From a bacterium (lineage in GTDB: Bacteria; SM23-31), in NCBI GenBank assembly GCA_965249485.1, contig OZ252239.1, positions 2,816,001 to 2,880,000 on the forward strand: a stretch of 64,000 nucleotides of DNA. Direction: 5' to 3'. Position numbers and translations under genes: made by a program. Numbering within the stretch: the stretch's first letter is position 1; each line of letters starts with the position of its first letter. Below the pieces are notes generated by a model that saw only the letters and a list, made by a program, of their open reading frames with translations, had not been told where the DNA came from and did no database searches. Of this stretch, positions 51,221-62,293 are shown one piece after another.

Positions 51221-51904
51221 TTATTGTTCAACAAGTTTATGCAAATAATCTACCTCTTCAATTGCATCTTCAAGCTCTTTGCGTCTGCCGAGAAGATAAC
51301 TGTAAAAAAGTGTAAAAGAAAAGACGCTAAAAAGAAGAGTCAACAGCATTGTCAACTCTAAACCGGAACCCTCCCCTCCAGCAACTACTGGAGATGGATG
51401 CTGGGTATTCCATAACCTGATGGAAAAATAGACAAGAAATACGTTAATAAATCCAATAATTCCCACAACAGAAGACAGATAGGCTCTTTTTATCTCGACA
51501 TCAACATACCCACGAAGCATCATATATGACAGATAGATCAACCAGAGAATGAGTGTAGTTGTCAGTCTTGAATCCCATGTCCACCAGATTCCCCACACCG
51601 GACGTGCCCATAACGATCCGGTTATCAGCGTGATAGTGCAAAGCAGCAGGCCGATTTCAGCCGATGCATTTGCGTATTTGTCCCATGACATGTTCTTCTT
51701 GATGAGAAACGCAACGGAACAGTAGCACGTCACTCCAAACGCCATAAACGCCACCCATGCACTTGATACGTGAAAATAGAATATCCGCTGAACATTTCCC
51801 ATTGTCTTTTCAGTAGGGGCGACAAGAAAAACAAGAATTAGTGAAATCGCTATGCACACTACAGAGAGTAAAAGAAGAATGTTTGATTTTTGAGAAGGCT
51901 TCAT
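51221..51904 (-). CDS. ccmC: Heme exporter CcmC
   Basis: RIFYFHV, WWD motif WGIWWTWDSRLT and TQHP. Confidence 0.93.
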   Translation of the reverse strand: MKPSQKSNILLLLSVVCIAISLILVFLVAPTEKTMGNVQRIFYFHVSSAWVAFMAFGVTCYCSVAFLIKKNMSWDKYANASAEIGLLLCTITLITGSLWARPVWGIWWTWDSRLTTTLILWLIYLSYMMLRGYVDVEIKRAYLSSVVGIIGFINVFLVYFSIRLWNTQHPSPVVAGGEGSGLELTMLLTLLFSVFSFTLFYSYLLGRRKELEDAIEEVDYLHKLVEQ

Positions 51905-51911
51905 TTATAAA

Positions 51912-52589
51912 TTATTCCTCCAGTATATATTCAAATAATAACAGGCACACAGTAAAAAATATTATATCAAAAGGCAATAATATTTTCAGAGAGGCGTAAT
52001 AATTCTCCATGGGACCGCCATTCAGTAGTACTGCCGTAGACTCAACTGCGGTAATTATAATCGGAATGACTAAGGGAAATTGCAGAATTGGCAGCAAAAA
52101 TACTCTCATCCGCGTACCGGACGAAATTGCTGAAAACAATGTTCCGACAACAGAAAAACCGAACGTCCCTAAAAATATCGTAAAAATGAGCCAGTGCCAC
52201 TGCCCGGAAAATTGGATATCATAGAGCCAAACAAAAAACAACAGCATAATCACTTCTGCAAACATCATAAAGAGAAGTGTACTGGTCAGCTTCGCTATAT
52301 AAATTACACTTCGTGGTACAGGCGCGAGCATCAAACCCTGGAGATTGTTATTTTCCTGCTCGGTTGAGAATGAGTGATTTAATCCTAAAATACCGGAAAA
52401 GATGAACGCAATCCACAATAGACCAGGTGCTATAGAAATCTGTTCCTGAATGCTGAGATTGAATGCAAAATTAAAGATGACGATTACCATCAAACCAAAC
52501 ACAAGCATAGCGCTTACCGCCTCTTTAGCCCGTATTTCAGTCGTGATATCCTTTTGAACAATTGTTACTATGTAGCTCCAGTATCGCAT
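51912..52589 (-). CDS. ccmB: Heme exporter CcmB
   Basis: PGLLWIAF and LLPILQFPL; six TMs. Confidence 0.9.
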   Translation of the reverse strand: MRYWSYIVTIVQKDITTEIRAKEAVSAMLVFGLMVIVIFNFAFNLSIQEQISIAPGLLWIAFIFSGILGLNHSFSTEQENNNLQGLMLAPVPRSVIYIAKLTSTLLFMMFAEVIMLLFFVWLYDIQFSGQWHWLIFTIFLGTFGFSVVGTLFSAISSGTRMRVFLLPILQFPLVIPIIITAVESTAVLLNGGPMENYYASLKILLPFDIIFFTVCLLLFEYILEE

Positions 52590-52610
52590 AGCTGCTTCAA
52601 TTATTTCTCA

Positions 52611-53324
52611 TCATTTTACGATCTCACTATAACGATCACTCAATTCCTGTTTACTGATTTCATATGTAGAAGAAAAATATTTTAGCTCGCCTTTCCGGAT
52701 AATTGCCACATGGGTAGCAATATCATATCCCTGCTCAATATTATGTGTCGTCATAATCCCGGCTCGCTCCGGAGAACTGTAAGCTTGAATCATTGCATTT
52801 AGAATTTCGGAAGCATTCTTGTCAAGCCCCGTATATGGCTCATCAAGCAATACCAGAGAGGGATTATGTAAGAAAGCACGACCAATTGTCAGTCGCTGCT
52901 GCATCCCCCGTGAAAACTTTCCAACTTCATCATCAGCACGTTCGGACAATCCTACAATCTCAAGCTGTACATCGATGCGGCTCATTAAATCAGGTACGTT
53001 ATACAGCTTACCAAAAAACATGAGATTCTCACGTGCTGTCAGGTTGTGATAGAGATAGGTATGATGTGATATAAAACCGATCTGTTTTCGAATGGCATCA
53101 TCCACTTTATTAACTGGCTGATCATTATAAAAGAGTGTCCCTTCGGAAGGAGCCATTACCATTGCAGCTATTTTTAGAAATGTTGTCTTACCAGCACCGT
53201 TCGGACCCAATATAGTTACAAAATCACCTTTATTAATCGTGAGATTAAAGTCTTTGAGTGCCGAAAACCGGCCGAATCGTTTAATAAGTGATTGAGCTTT
53301 TAAAACAGGAATTGACGTTTGCAC
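52611..53324 (-). CDS. ccmA: Heme exporter ATPase CcmA
   Basis: GPNGAGKTT, FSRGMQQR and LLDEPYTGLD; ccm context. Confidence 0.9.
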   Translation of the reverse strand: MQTSIPVLKAQSLIKRFGRFSALKDFNLTINKGDFVTILGPNGAGKTTFLKIAAMVMAPSEGTLFYNDQPVNKVDDAIRKQIGFISHHTYLYHNLTARENLMFFGKLYNVPDLMSRIDVQLEIVGLSERADDEVGKFSRGMQQRLTIGRAFLHNPSLVLLDEPYTGLDKNASEILNAMIQAYSSPERAGIMTTHNIEQGYDIATHVAIIRKGELKYFSSTYEISKQELSDRYSEIVK

Positions 53325-53362
53325 GGGAATGTATTTTTTGATCGGATGTGAGGGATTATCTA

Positions 53363-54571
53363 TTACTCAGCCTGATCTATCTTTTTATAAAGTTCTACTA
53401 ACTGATTTTTTAAAAGCGACCGTTTTTTGTGATAGTCTGACTCCTGAATTCTGTGATCTGCAAATGTATCATCAAGCGCTGCTAATTCACTAATTAGCTC
53501 ATTTTTGCGGTTTGAAATCTTCTTGGGAAGTCCTTTTTCCTTTTTTTCTCTAACCGGCGCTTTGTTTCTCGAAAGTGCGGATCCTACTCCAAGCAATCCG
53601 AGAATCATGACAATGAGTAAAACCGATGTTTGCATACCTATTTTACTCGTCGGGACCGCATTCTGTCCGGCAGGAACGCTCGAAAGCGGACTGGGCACAC
53701 CTCCCGCAACTGAAAATGAAAGTTGGTCACCTTTTGAGAGATGTTCACTTGTGTATATACTGAAATCCTGATGAGCGTCTGCACTTGTCAGTACAAGTTG
53801 ACTGCTTTGTAATTCAATATTTGAAGGTGCAGTTATAACCATCAGATTATGCATTTCGTAGAGTACGTTTTCCGAGAAAAAATGCACTTTCTGTGCATAA
53901 TCCACATGATAAGATACCGAAACCTGAGTTACACCCGGTTTGATTGGATAATTTATTGCAAACACATCAGGTCTGTCTGTGCTGATAGGATCCTGATTTA
54001 TCGGCACAAGACCAGTATTCACCGTAATATAGTTTATTCCGTGGCTGTTCTCAGGTATCGCAAACAAAAACGTGCCTTCTTCATTTAAATATGTGCCTGG
54101 GATTTCGGATTCATTTGAAACATTGTACGTTTTTAAGATCTGAAGCGTCGTTCCGGACATTGAAATCTGGTATTGTGCATTTGTCACGCTAAGATCATTT
54201 TGTGAACCGGTCTGTTCATATACGACTAATTCAACCGATACAGATTCTTTACCTGGCGGAATAGTTACATTCGCATTATACAATATACCTTTATACTCTG
54301 CTTGCAACAGGTATGGTCGTTCTGTGGATGACGGTATATTATCAAATGTGAATGAACCTTCAACATTCTTCAAGTCGTCTATAATGTCCATGCCTGTTTC
54401 AAATCCCATAAGGGTCAAGCTTGCAACTTGTGCGCTGCCTCCGGTTGTACCATTTTTTATAGTACCATTGATTATACTTGTCTGAGCATACGATGCTGAT
54501 GCATGGGTCAGCACTAAGATTGCAAAGATGCCAAATAAAGTCGTATAGTATTTCAGTAATGATTTGATCAT
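53363..54571 (-). CDS. Uncharacterised exported, C-terminally anchored protein in the ccm cluster
   Basis: Signal peptide, beta-rich body, C-terminal TM and a charged helical tail. Confidence 0.75.
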   Translation of the reverse strand: MIKSLLKYYTTLFGIFAILVLTHASASYAQTSIINGTIKNGTTGGSAQVASLTLMGFETGMDIIDDLKNVEGSFTFDNIPSSTERPYLLQAEYKGILYNANVTIPPGKESVSVELVVYEQTGSQNDLSVTNAQYQISMSGTTLQILKTYNVSNESEIPGTYLNEEGTFLFAIPENSHGINYITVNTGLVPINQDPISTDRPDVFAINYPIKPGVTQVSVSYHVDYAQKVHFFSENVLYEMHNLMVITAPSNIELQSSQLVLTSADAHQDFSIYTSEHLSKGDQLSFSVAGGVPSPLSSVPAGQNAVPTSKIGMQTSVLLIVMILGLLGVGSALSRNKAPVREKKEKGLPKKISNRKNELISELAALDDTFADHRIQESDYHKKRSLLKNQLVELYKKIDQAE

Positions 54572-54587
54572 ATATAAAATTCTGATT

Positions 54588-55040
54588 TTATTGTTTTAAC
54601 TTTGCTCCGCATTTTGAGCAGAAGTTACTACTGGTTATATTTTCATTCGAACAAACTTCGCATATGATGAACCTATCAGCAAGCACAACGACGGCCGGAG
54701 ATTTTCGTTTGATAGCAATCTCCGATTCTATCTGTTTTCTGACATCAGATGAGCTGTCTTGACCTCCTAGTAACTCTATCTCTTGTGTTACTGATTTCAG
54801 ACGCAATAAATAGGCTGCTCTCAGCTTACCATAATCGCCTTTTGACAGCATACCGGTCGCATGTTCAAGATTGGTATCACGTAAACTAGATCGGAGGAAC
54901 TCATTTCTCGTCCTTAGTTCCTTAATCCGAACCTGCTTCTTCGTAACAAACCTGTTCGGCAATTTCCCTTTTGTCATAAAGGGTGTTAAAACATACAACG
55001 TACTAACAAGGATAATCGAAATCAGTGTAATTATAATCAT
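54588..55040 (-). CDS. CcmI-N-like membrane protein with zinc ribbon
   Basis: TM, LRDTNLEHATGMLSKGDY and CEVC...FCSKCG. Confidence 0.7.
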   Translation of the reverse strand: MIIITLISIILVSTLYVLTPFMTKGKLPNRFVTKKQVRIKELRTRNEFLRSSLRDTNLEHATGMLSKGDYGKLRAAYLLRLKSVTQEIELLGGQDSSSDVRKQIESEIAIKRKSPAVVVLADRFIICEVCSNENITSSNFCSKCGAKLKQ

Positions 55041-55054
55041 AGGGATTTTAATTA

Positions 55055-57079
55055 TTAAGAAACATCTTCCGTTTCAGATTTCTTTACAGCAAGCTCCTCA
55101 TACGCAGATAGAGAGCGATGTGTTACCGAATCGGGAATCATTGCTATCAGGCTTCCAAGGATGAGAACAAGACCACCGAGCCACACAAAAATTATCAACG
55201 GATTTACATACGTATTCAATACCGCTCTATCGTCCGCAGGGATTTCTGAATAAACAATGTATAAATCCTCCGTGAACGTTGAATAGATAGCGACCTCGGT
55301 TGTGGGTTGCTCACTGGCAAAATAATAGCGTTTTTGTGCTACTTCATTGGAAACAACTTTTCCCTCTTTTAGAACAGAAAGATACACTTCACTGTATTCA
55401 TAGAGTTCTGTTCTGTCATTAAGAACTTTGTCCAGACGAAGTTCAAACGGCCCGGTTACCATCGACTCCCCTATCTTAAGATCGGCTTTACTTTCGATAT
55501 TAAATGCATTACCGGTAAAACCCATAAATAGAAAAACTATGCCGAAATGAACAATATATCCTCCATAACGGCGTGTATTTCGCAGAGTAAGATTCACAAA
55601 CGCTTTCGGATACGGTTCACCGAGGTTTTTATGCCGGGCTCTCATTCCTTTTGCAAATTCCTGCACAATCGTAACCGTTACGAAGAAGCATAAAAAAAAT
55701 GAAATAAGCGCAAACATATGATGAACGCCCAACGCATAAAGCACTATTCCAAAAACAATCGAGAGGTTAACCGGAAAGAAAAAATTTCGTTTAAGGCTGT
55801 AATTGGATGTTCTTCTCCATGCAAAGAGAGGTCCGACACCGGTTAAAAAGAGAAGAAAAAGCCCAATCGGAATGTTGATCCTGTTAAAATAAGGAGCACC
55901 GACTGTTATCTGTGTACCCCGTACCCATTCAGATAGGACAGGGAATATTGTTCCCCAGAGTATTGCGAGCATTGCACCAACAAGTATCAGATTATTAAAG
56001 AGAAAACTGCTCTCTCTCGATACAAGCGAGTCTAGATTGTTTTCACTTTTCAGATCGGGTAGCCGCTTGAAAAGCAGTAACAAAGATACAGTTATCATAA
56101 AGAGTAGAAATGTACTAAAAGCCGGTCCGATAGACGATTGTGCAAATGAGTGCACAGAGGAAACTATACCGCTTCGAGTAAGAAATGTACCGAAAATACA
56201 CAGAGTAAAGGTCAGTAAGATAAGCACAATATTCCAAACTTTGAGCATCCCCCTTTTTTCCTGAATAATAACCGAATGGAGATATGCGGTACTCGTCAAC
56301 CATGGCATGATCGACGCATTTTCTACCGGATCCCATGCCCAATAACCACCCCATCCGAGTTCAACATATGCCCATTTGCCACCAAGCAATACTCCTGTAC
56401 TCAAAACCATCCATGCGAAGATTGTCCACCTTCGGGTAGTACGAATCCAATTAGGGTTGAGCTTACCAGTTACCAGAGCACCTATTGCAAACGCAAACGG
56501 GACTAAAAATCCTGAATATCCGACAAACAATACGGGGGGATGAATGACCATAGCCCAGTACTGCAACAGAGGATTCAATCCGTTTCCGTCGGGTGGCGCA
56601 AAAGGAATTCCCCCGGTTGGTGTATGAAACATCCATTGATCAAACGGATTGGAAATGAACAAGCTTAGGAAAATAAAAAATAGGAGAACCGTACTCATTG
56701 TTACCATAACATAGGGCATAAGTTCACGATTATGTTCTCTGTTCTGATAAACTGCAACTATTGATATTACACTGAGAATAAGGAGCCAGAACAAAAGAGA
56801 TCCTGCCTGACCTGCCCAAAAACCGGCAAATTTGTAAAAAAGCGGCAGTGCCTGATTCGAATAACTCGAAACGTATGTATAGCTAAAATCACTCATTACA
56901 ATTAGCGAGATAAGTGAAGCTGAAGCGAGACCAACCATAGCACAACTTGCATACATGCTCCGTTCCGCACTTATCACAAGATCATTTCTTCGGCGGGAAG
57001 CACCAATGAGTGATGCAACAATTGCAAATAAAGAAAGGGAAAACGCAACTATGAGTGCAAAATTACCTACTGTTCCCAT
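55055..57079 (-). CDS. ccmF: Cytochrome c heme lyase CcmF
   Basis: Motifs GLNPLLQ, IHPP, WGGYWAWDPVENAS and SVHSFA. Confidence 0.95.
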   Translation of the reverse strand: MGTVGNFALIVAFSLSLFAIVASLIGASRRRNDLVISAERSMYASCAMVGLASASLISLIVMSDFSYTYVSSYSNQALPLFYKFAGFWAGQAGSLLFWLLILSVISIVAVYQNREHNRELMPYVMVTMSTVLLFFIFLSLFISNPFDQWMFHTPTGGIPFAPPDGNGLNPLLQYWAMVIHPPVLFVGYSGFLVPFAFAIGALVTGKLNPNWIRTTRRWTIFAWMVLSTGVLLGGKWAYVELGWGGYWAWDPVENASIMPWLTSTAYLHSVIIQEKRGMLKVWNIVLILLTFTLCIFGTFLTRSGIVSSVHSFAQSSIGPAFSTFLLFMITVSLLLLFKRLPDLKSENNLDSLVSRESSFLFNNLILVGAMLAILWGTIFPVLSEWVRGTQITVGAPYFNRINIPIGLFLLFLTGVGPLFAWRRTSNYSLKRNFFFPVNLSIVFGIVLYALGVHHMFALISFFLCFFVTVTIVQEFAKGMRARHKNLGEPYPKAFVNLTLRNTRRYGGYIVHFGIVFLFMGFTGNAFNIESKADLKIGESMVTGPFELRLDKVLNDRTELYEYSEVYLSVLKEGKVVSNEVAQKRYYFASEQPTTEVAIYSTFTEDLYIVYSEIPADDRAVLNTYVNPLIIFVWLGGLVLILGSLIAMIPDSVTHRSLSAYEELAVKKSETEDVS

Positions 57080-57186
57080 ATATATACTTTCTATTTTTTT
57101 TCGTAATTGTAAAAGGTATAGAAAAAGCAAACCTATGAGGTTTGTCTTATTCTTTTAAATTTTGTACGACTCAAATTTCGAATCTA

Positions 57187-57606
57187 CTAATAATTTGCTT
57201 CTTCCTCATCGAGCATTGCTTCGTATTTTGATGCACATTTTGCCTGAATGTGGTCAGCTTGAAAGACTCCATCAGAAGTAATTTTGCCGGCAACAACTGC
57301 CTGAGAATGATCTTTGAAAGTATCGGGAACCGGACCATCGCCAATATACGCAACCGACAAAGTAATATCATTATAATCAATTTCAAAGGTCATAGGACTT
57401 TGTGAACGGTCAATCGATCCCATAACGACCTGTCCGGCAACACGATAATTATCTTGCATCGCCCTATCCCCAAATTCATCAAGTCGTGCAACAAACTGAT
57501 CTGCAGTAAGATAATAAGAATAATCCTGTTGGAATCCTGTTACTGCAAGATAGATGATAGTCAGAACGATAACCGATATCCCTACAGCAAACTTTTTATT
57601 CTTCAT
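57187..57606 (-). CDS. ccmE: Heme chaperone CcmE (CxxxY type)
   Basis: N-terminal TM, RVAG.V, Y.G..PDTF and AKCASKY. Confidence 0.9.
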   Translation of the reverse strand: MKNKKFAVGISVIVLTIIYLAVTGFQQDYSYYLTADQFVARLDEFGDRAMQDNYRVAGQVVMGSIDRSQSPMTFEIDYNDITLSVAYIGDGPVPDTFKDHSQAVVAGKITSDGVFQADHIQAKCASKYEAMLDEEEANY

Positions 57607-57997
57607 AATGCCAAACTTTCTATCTATAATTATTGAGCTGCCTCAAGCAGCCTGCTCATACGCTTGAACTATAGCAACATAAAATATATCAATTCGTCCA
57701 TTGAAATTCAAGTGAAATCATACATTCCAATTAATAAATACAATTTTTGTTGTTCAGTAAAAATGCAAAATATATGCCAATAAACAACAAAAAAGACCTT
57801 TTTATACAATATCCTCTATTTTTAACTGTAGATTACTCATTTTCTCTTTCATTAATATTTATCAAATGTACATATAGATTCCAAAAAACAATAAATTTTT
57901 ATTCAAATTTTCAAAATATTGTAATTATAAGGTAAGAAAATTGTGGCGTAACAGTATAGTTAATGTCCATAAAAAGATAAAATATAGACAATTTGTT

Positions 57998-59446
57998 TTA
58001 CCCTTTAATAACGCCGATCGGTTTGAGCCGGGCAACTTTTTTTGAAATTCCGGCATTATGGACAACATCGACAACATCTTTGACATCCTTATAAGCGTCC
58101 GGAATTTCTTCTAAGACTGTCCTTTTACCGTGAGACTGGACATAGACTCCTCTTTCTTCAAGTTCCTTGTATATATCTCTACCCCTGCTCGCTTTTACTG
58201 CTTGCTTTCTACTAAGCATACGACCTGCTCCATGACAAGTTGAACCGAATGTCTCCTTAACCGATTGTTCCGTACCGACAAGTACGTAAGAATAGCGCCC
58301 CATGTCACCGGGAATGAGGACCGGCTGTCCGACAGATTTGTAGAGAGAAGGAGTATATTTATGTCCCGGCGGCAGTGCACGCGTTGCGCCTTTCCGGTGT
58401 ACACAAACCTTCCGTTTCTTTCCGTTTATTACATATTCTTCGAATTTTGCGATATTATGGCAAACATCGTACACCAGACTCATTTGAAGCATTCCGGGAG
58501 ACGCACTCATGACTTTTGCAAACGATTCACATGTCCAGTGCATTATTGTCTGGCGGTTTGCCCATGCGTAGTTTGCTGCAGCGGACATTGCTGCAAAATA
58601 ATTTTTCCCCTCGTTGGAATTTATCGGTGTGCACGCCAACTGCCTATCGGGAAGCTCGATGTCATATTTTTTTATACAGTGCATCATCACTTTAAGGTAA
58701 TCATCACAGACCTGATACCCAAATCCACGTGATCCGGTATGGATAATAACTGTAATCCCGTCGAGGTACAACCCAAGCGTTTCAGCTGCTTTTTCGTCAT
58801 AAATTTCTTCAACATACCCAATTTCAAGAAAATGATTGCCGCTTCCGAGTGTACCGACCTGTTTTCTGCCTCGTTCAAGTGCACGTTCACTGATGGTACT
58901 CACGTCGGCACTCCGCAGCTTTCCATTTTCTTCAATCCGATCGATGTCCGATTCTGTTCCAAAACCCCTTTCAACTGCCCACTCGGCACCATTAGCAAGA
59001 AGTTTTTTCAATTCATTAACAGACAGATTTATTGAACTTGATGATCCAACTCCGGTGGGAATTGTTTGATATAGATGTCCAACAAGATCTTTAATTTTCG
59101 GCAGCACCTCATCTTTTGTAAGTGCAGTTCTGAGAAGACGGACACCACAATTTATATCGTATCCGACACCACCCGGTGATATAACTCCATTCTCAATAGC
59201 CATCGCTGCAACACCACCAATTGCAAAACCATAGCCCCAGTGAATATCGGGCATAGCAAGCGACTCGCCAACTATTCCGGGAAGGTGGGCAACATTTACA
59301 ACCTGTTGAATTGCCTGATCGTGGTGAATATCTTTAATGAGAGATTTGTCGGCGAAGATTTTTCCCGGTACCCGCATCTTGCCCGCTTTGGGTATTTCCC
59401 ACCGGTACTCATCGATTTGCCGCAGTTTTGCCTGGGGTTGTTTCAT
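57998..59446 (-). CDS. rtcB: RNA-splicing ligase RtcB
   Basis: Motifs MPDIHWGYG, GYDINCG, GSGNHF, HTGSRG, HRKGA and HGAGR. Confidence 0.96.
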   Translation of the reverse strand: MKQPQAKLRQIDEYRWEIPKAGKMRVPGKIFADKSLIKDIHHDQAIQQVVNVAHLPGIVGESLAMPDIHWGYGFAIGGVAAMAIENGVISPGGVGYDINCGVRLLRTALTKDEVLPKIKDLVGHLYQTIPTGVGSSSSINLSVNELKKLLANGAEWAVERGFGTESDIDRIEENGKLRSADVSTISERALERGRKQVGTLGSGNHFLEIGYVEEIYDEKAAETLGLYLDGITVIIHTGSRGFGYQVCDDYLKVMMHCIKKYDIELPDRQLACTPINSNEGKNYFAAMSAAANYAWANRQTIMHWTCESFAKVMSASPGMLQMSLVYDVCHNIAKFEEYVINGKKRKVCVHRKGATRALPPGHKYTPSLYKSVGQPVLIPGDMGRYSYVLVGTEQSVKETFGSTCHGAGRMLSRKQAVKASRGRDIYKELEERGVYVQSHGKRTVLEEIPDAYKDVKDVVDVVHNAGISKKVARLKPIGVIKG

Positions 59447-59460
59447 AATGAAAAATTAAT

Positions 59461-60471
59461 TTACTGAGAAGTCAATGACCATGCAGGCCATCTTATTTCG
59501 CCAAAACTATCGGTAATTCTGTGAATATTGCTGCCATCAATTTTCATGATAAATATATCATTTGAGCCATTTGACGGGGATATAAAGACGATTTGCGTAC
59601 CATCCGGAGACCAAGCTGGGTCGAACTCGCTTAATAGTTCATCATTGATTTGGACCTGCTGAGATCCATCTGAATTCATGACATTTATTTTATTCAGACT
59701 AGATTTTCTTGTGTGGAATGCAATCATTGATCCGTCCGGGGACCAGGATGGCTTATTATCATTATAGATACTTTTTGTCAAATTAACCTGATTTGAACCA
59801 TCGATGTTCATACAATATATTTCCCGGTTGCCGTCTCTGTCCGAAGCAAATGCAATCCTAGAACCTACCGGGGACCAGACAGGATCGAATTCGTCAGCAT
59901 TGTTGTCGGTTAACCTGACTTTATTTGAACCATCGGCATCCATAATATAAACTTCACGGTTTCCATTCCCTGTTGATACATATACTAATTGTGAGCCATC
60001 CGGGGACCAATGTGGGGCTTCATCGGTAAAATTGTTATTCGTGAGCTGAACTGGATTCGAACCGTCTGCTTCCATTACCATAATCTGATTATTAGTTCTT
60101 CCGCCCATCAACTCATAAGCAATTTTGCTCCCATCGTGAGACCATGCAGGAAAACCGTTTGAAATACCGTCTGCAGAGTCAGTCAGAATCGTAAGGTTTG
60201 AACCATTCTCATCAATGACAAATATTTCGGAGTCGCCTTCATCACCAATTCCTTCGGACATAAATGCAATTCGTTCTTGCAGTAATGTGCTCGGACCCGT
60301 TAGCCGTTTCGCATTACAGCCCAATGCACAGAATGTCAAGAGGCTTGTTATTCCAAGGAGAAGAGAAAAATTAATCGTTGTGCTCGCTTGAATAAGATTA
60401 TATTTTCCTGAATGATCCGTGAAGTTGAACTTGTATCTGATGTGCATATAATTTTTTGTGTATCTTATCAA
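59461..60471 (-). CDS. TolB-like PD40-repeat beta-propeller lipoprotein (start uncertain)
   Basis: Repeated P.WSPDG..IAF units; lipobox-like ALG|C. Confidence 0.85.
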   Translation of the reverse strand: MIRYTKNYMHIRYKFNFTDHSGKYNLIQASTTINFSLLLGITSLLTFCALGCNAKRLTGPSTLLQERIAFMSEGIGDEGDSEIFVIDENGSNLTILTDSADGISNGFPAWSHDGSKIAYELMGGRTNNQIMVMEADGSNPVQLTNNNFTDEAPHWSPDGSQLVYVSTGNGNREVYIMDADGSNKVRLTDNNADEFDPVWSPVGSRIAFASDRDGNREIYCMNIDGSNQVNLTKSIYNDNKPSWSPDGSMIAFHTRKSSLNKINVMNSDGSQQVQINDELLSEFDPAWSPDGTQIVFISPSNGSNDIFIMKIDGSNIHRITDSFGEIRWPAWSLTSQ

Positions 60472-60474
60472 AAA

Positions 60475-60822
60475 CTACTCTTCAGTCACCACGTTGTTAT
60501 CACCGATGACCCGATAGAAGCATGACCGTTTACCAGTATGACAGGCGACACCCTTTTGCGCAACCTTGACCAATAGTGCATCGGCGTCGCAATCAAATCG
60601 GACTTCTTTCACTCGCTGCGTGTTACCGCTCGTTGCACCTTTTACCCAGTATTCCTGCCGAGAGCGGGACCAGAAACATGTATCCCCCGATTCAAGTGTT
60701 CTTTTCAGGCTTTCACGGTTCATATAAGCAACCATCAGGATTTCGCCATTTTCTGAATCCTGCACTATTGCTGGAATCAAACCCCGTTCGTCATATTTCA
60801 GTTCATCGTAAATCTCGGTCAT
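60475..60822 (-). CDS. hisI: Phosphoribosyl-AMP cyclohydrolase
   Basis: Motifs WSRSR, KGATSG, DCDAD and ACHTG..SCF. Confidence 0.95.
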   Translation of the reverse strand: MTEIYDELKYDERGLIPAIVQDSENGEILMVAYMNRESLKRTLESGDTCFWSRSRQEYWVKGATSGNTQRVKEVRFDCDADALLVKVAQKGVACHTGKRSCFYRVIGDNNVVTEE

Positions 60823-61577
60823 ATTATCCTCACTGGTATGTCTCTTTCACGTAAATAGTTTTTGATTTGTTCAATTGTTAAATAGCGGTAATGGAAAATC
60901 GATGCGGCAAGTACAGCATCCGCCTTACCATGAACCGCAGCATCATAGAAATGTTCTGGCTCTCCGCCTCCGCCTGATGCTATTACAGGAATGGACACCA
61001 GACTGTTAACCTGACGCAGAAGTTCTATATCAAATCCCTCCCTGACACCGTCTGTATCCATACTGGTCAGTAAAATTTCACCCGCACCTCTGTCTTCCAC
61101 TTCTTTCACCCATTCAAGCGCATCCCGTTTCATATCTTTAGAGCCGCCATGTGTATAAACGGTCCAACCTTTTTCAACTTTTTTTGCATCTATTGCAACA
61201 ACAGTGCACTGCGATCCAAACATGCGGGCAGAGTTATTGATAAAATCCGGGTTAAGTAAGGCAGCGGTATTTATTGATATTTTATCGGCACCCTGCTTGA
61301 GGATTTCACGAATATCTTCTACCGTCGATATACCCCCACCAATGGTAAAAGGAATAAATATTTGTTTTGCCACGTTCCGGGCTAACTCAATGACAGTTTT
61401 CCGTTTTTCTTTCGAGGCAGTAATATCGAGGAAGACTAGTTCATCCGCACCTTCTTCATCATAAAACTTAGCCTGCTCTACTGGATCGCCCGCATCTTGC
61501 AGCCCTTTAAAATTCACTCCTTTTACAACACGTCCGTCCATCACATCGAGACAGGGTATAATTCTTAATGCAAGCAT
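60819..61577 (-). CDS. hisF: Imidazole glycerol phosphate synthase cyclase subunit
   Basis: Motifs [18 protein letters not shown] and LLTSMD.DG. Confidence 0.97.
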   Translation of the reverse strand: MLALRIIPCLDVMDGRVVKGVNFKGLQDAGDPVEQAKFYDEEGADELVFLDITASKEKRKTVIELARNVAKQIFIPFTIGGGISTVEDIREILKQGADKISINTAALLNPDFINNSARMFGSQCTVVAIDAKKVEKGWTVYTHGGSKDMKRDALEWVKEVEDRGAGEILLTSMDTDGVREGFDIELLRQVNSLVSIPVIASGGGGEPEHFYDAAVHGKADAVLAASIFHYRYLTIEQIKNYLRERDIPVRII

Positions 61578-62290
61578 TACACAAAATCCTCTATTCGAAT
61601 AGTACCTTCATACACTGCTTTGCCGGAAATCACTCTATCAACACCAAACGATTCGAGTGGAAGCAGCTGTTTTATATCTTCTGGTTTGGAAACACCACCT
61701 GATGCAGTAATACCTGTGTTTGTTTTTTCGGCTATGACCCTGTATGCCTCAATATTTGGTCCTGTCATTGCTCCGTCTCGGTTAATATCGGTCAAAATAT
61801 AGCGCTGAATCCCCTTATTTTGCCATTTTTTTATTTCGTCAATCACAGAGCCTTCCACTAACTCTTTCCAGCCTTTAATTGCAATTTTATCCTCTAGAAA
61901 ATCAAGCCCGATCTGAACATGTTGTCTTCCTGTCGATTCTATAATTGCTTCTGCTAAGTCAGGATTTTTAATTACTACGGTTCCGAGTATGACCTCCGAA
62001 ACACCGGCTTCGATGAGTTGGCAGGCATATTCAGAATCCCGGATTCCTCCTCCGCATTCGACTGGCATTTTCACGGCGCGGCAGATATTTGCAATAATGT
62101 CGAAATTGCTGCTTGTATCGATGACCGCTTTGTCGAGATCAACCACATGAAGCCGTGTAGCTCCCCGGGCTTCAAAATCCTGTGCTACTGCAACAGGGTC
62201 ATCACCGTATTCGGTAACATCATCGTATTTACCCTGAAACAGACGGACGCAGCGCCCTACTCTAATGTCAATAGCCGGTATTAGTTCCAA
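61577..62290 (-). CDS. hisA: ProFAR isomerase
   Basis: Motifs PAIDI, LHVVDLD, GGGIR and TDINRDG. Confidence 0.95.
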   Translation of the reverse strand: MELIPAIDIRVGRCVRLFQGKYDDVTEYGDDPVAVAQDFEARGATRLHVVDLDKAVIDTSSNFDIIANICRAVKMPVECGGGIRDSEYACQLIEAGVSEVILGTVVIKNPDLAEAIIESTGRQHVQIGLDFLEDKIAIKGWKELVEGSVIDEIKKWQNKGIQRYILTDINRDGAMTGPNIEAYRVIAEKTNTGITASGGVSKPEDIKQLLPLESFGVDRVISGKAVYEGTIRIEDFV

Positions 62291-62293
62291 AAA

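Noticed and set aside
57747..57935. 62-aa ORF in the AT-rich ccmE-rtcB spacer
   Set aside because: TTG start, no RBS, AT-driven composition; probably promoter DNA.
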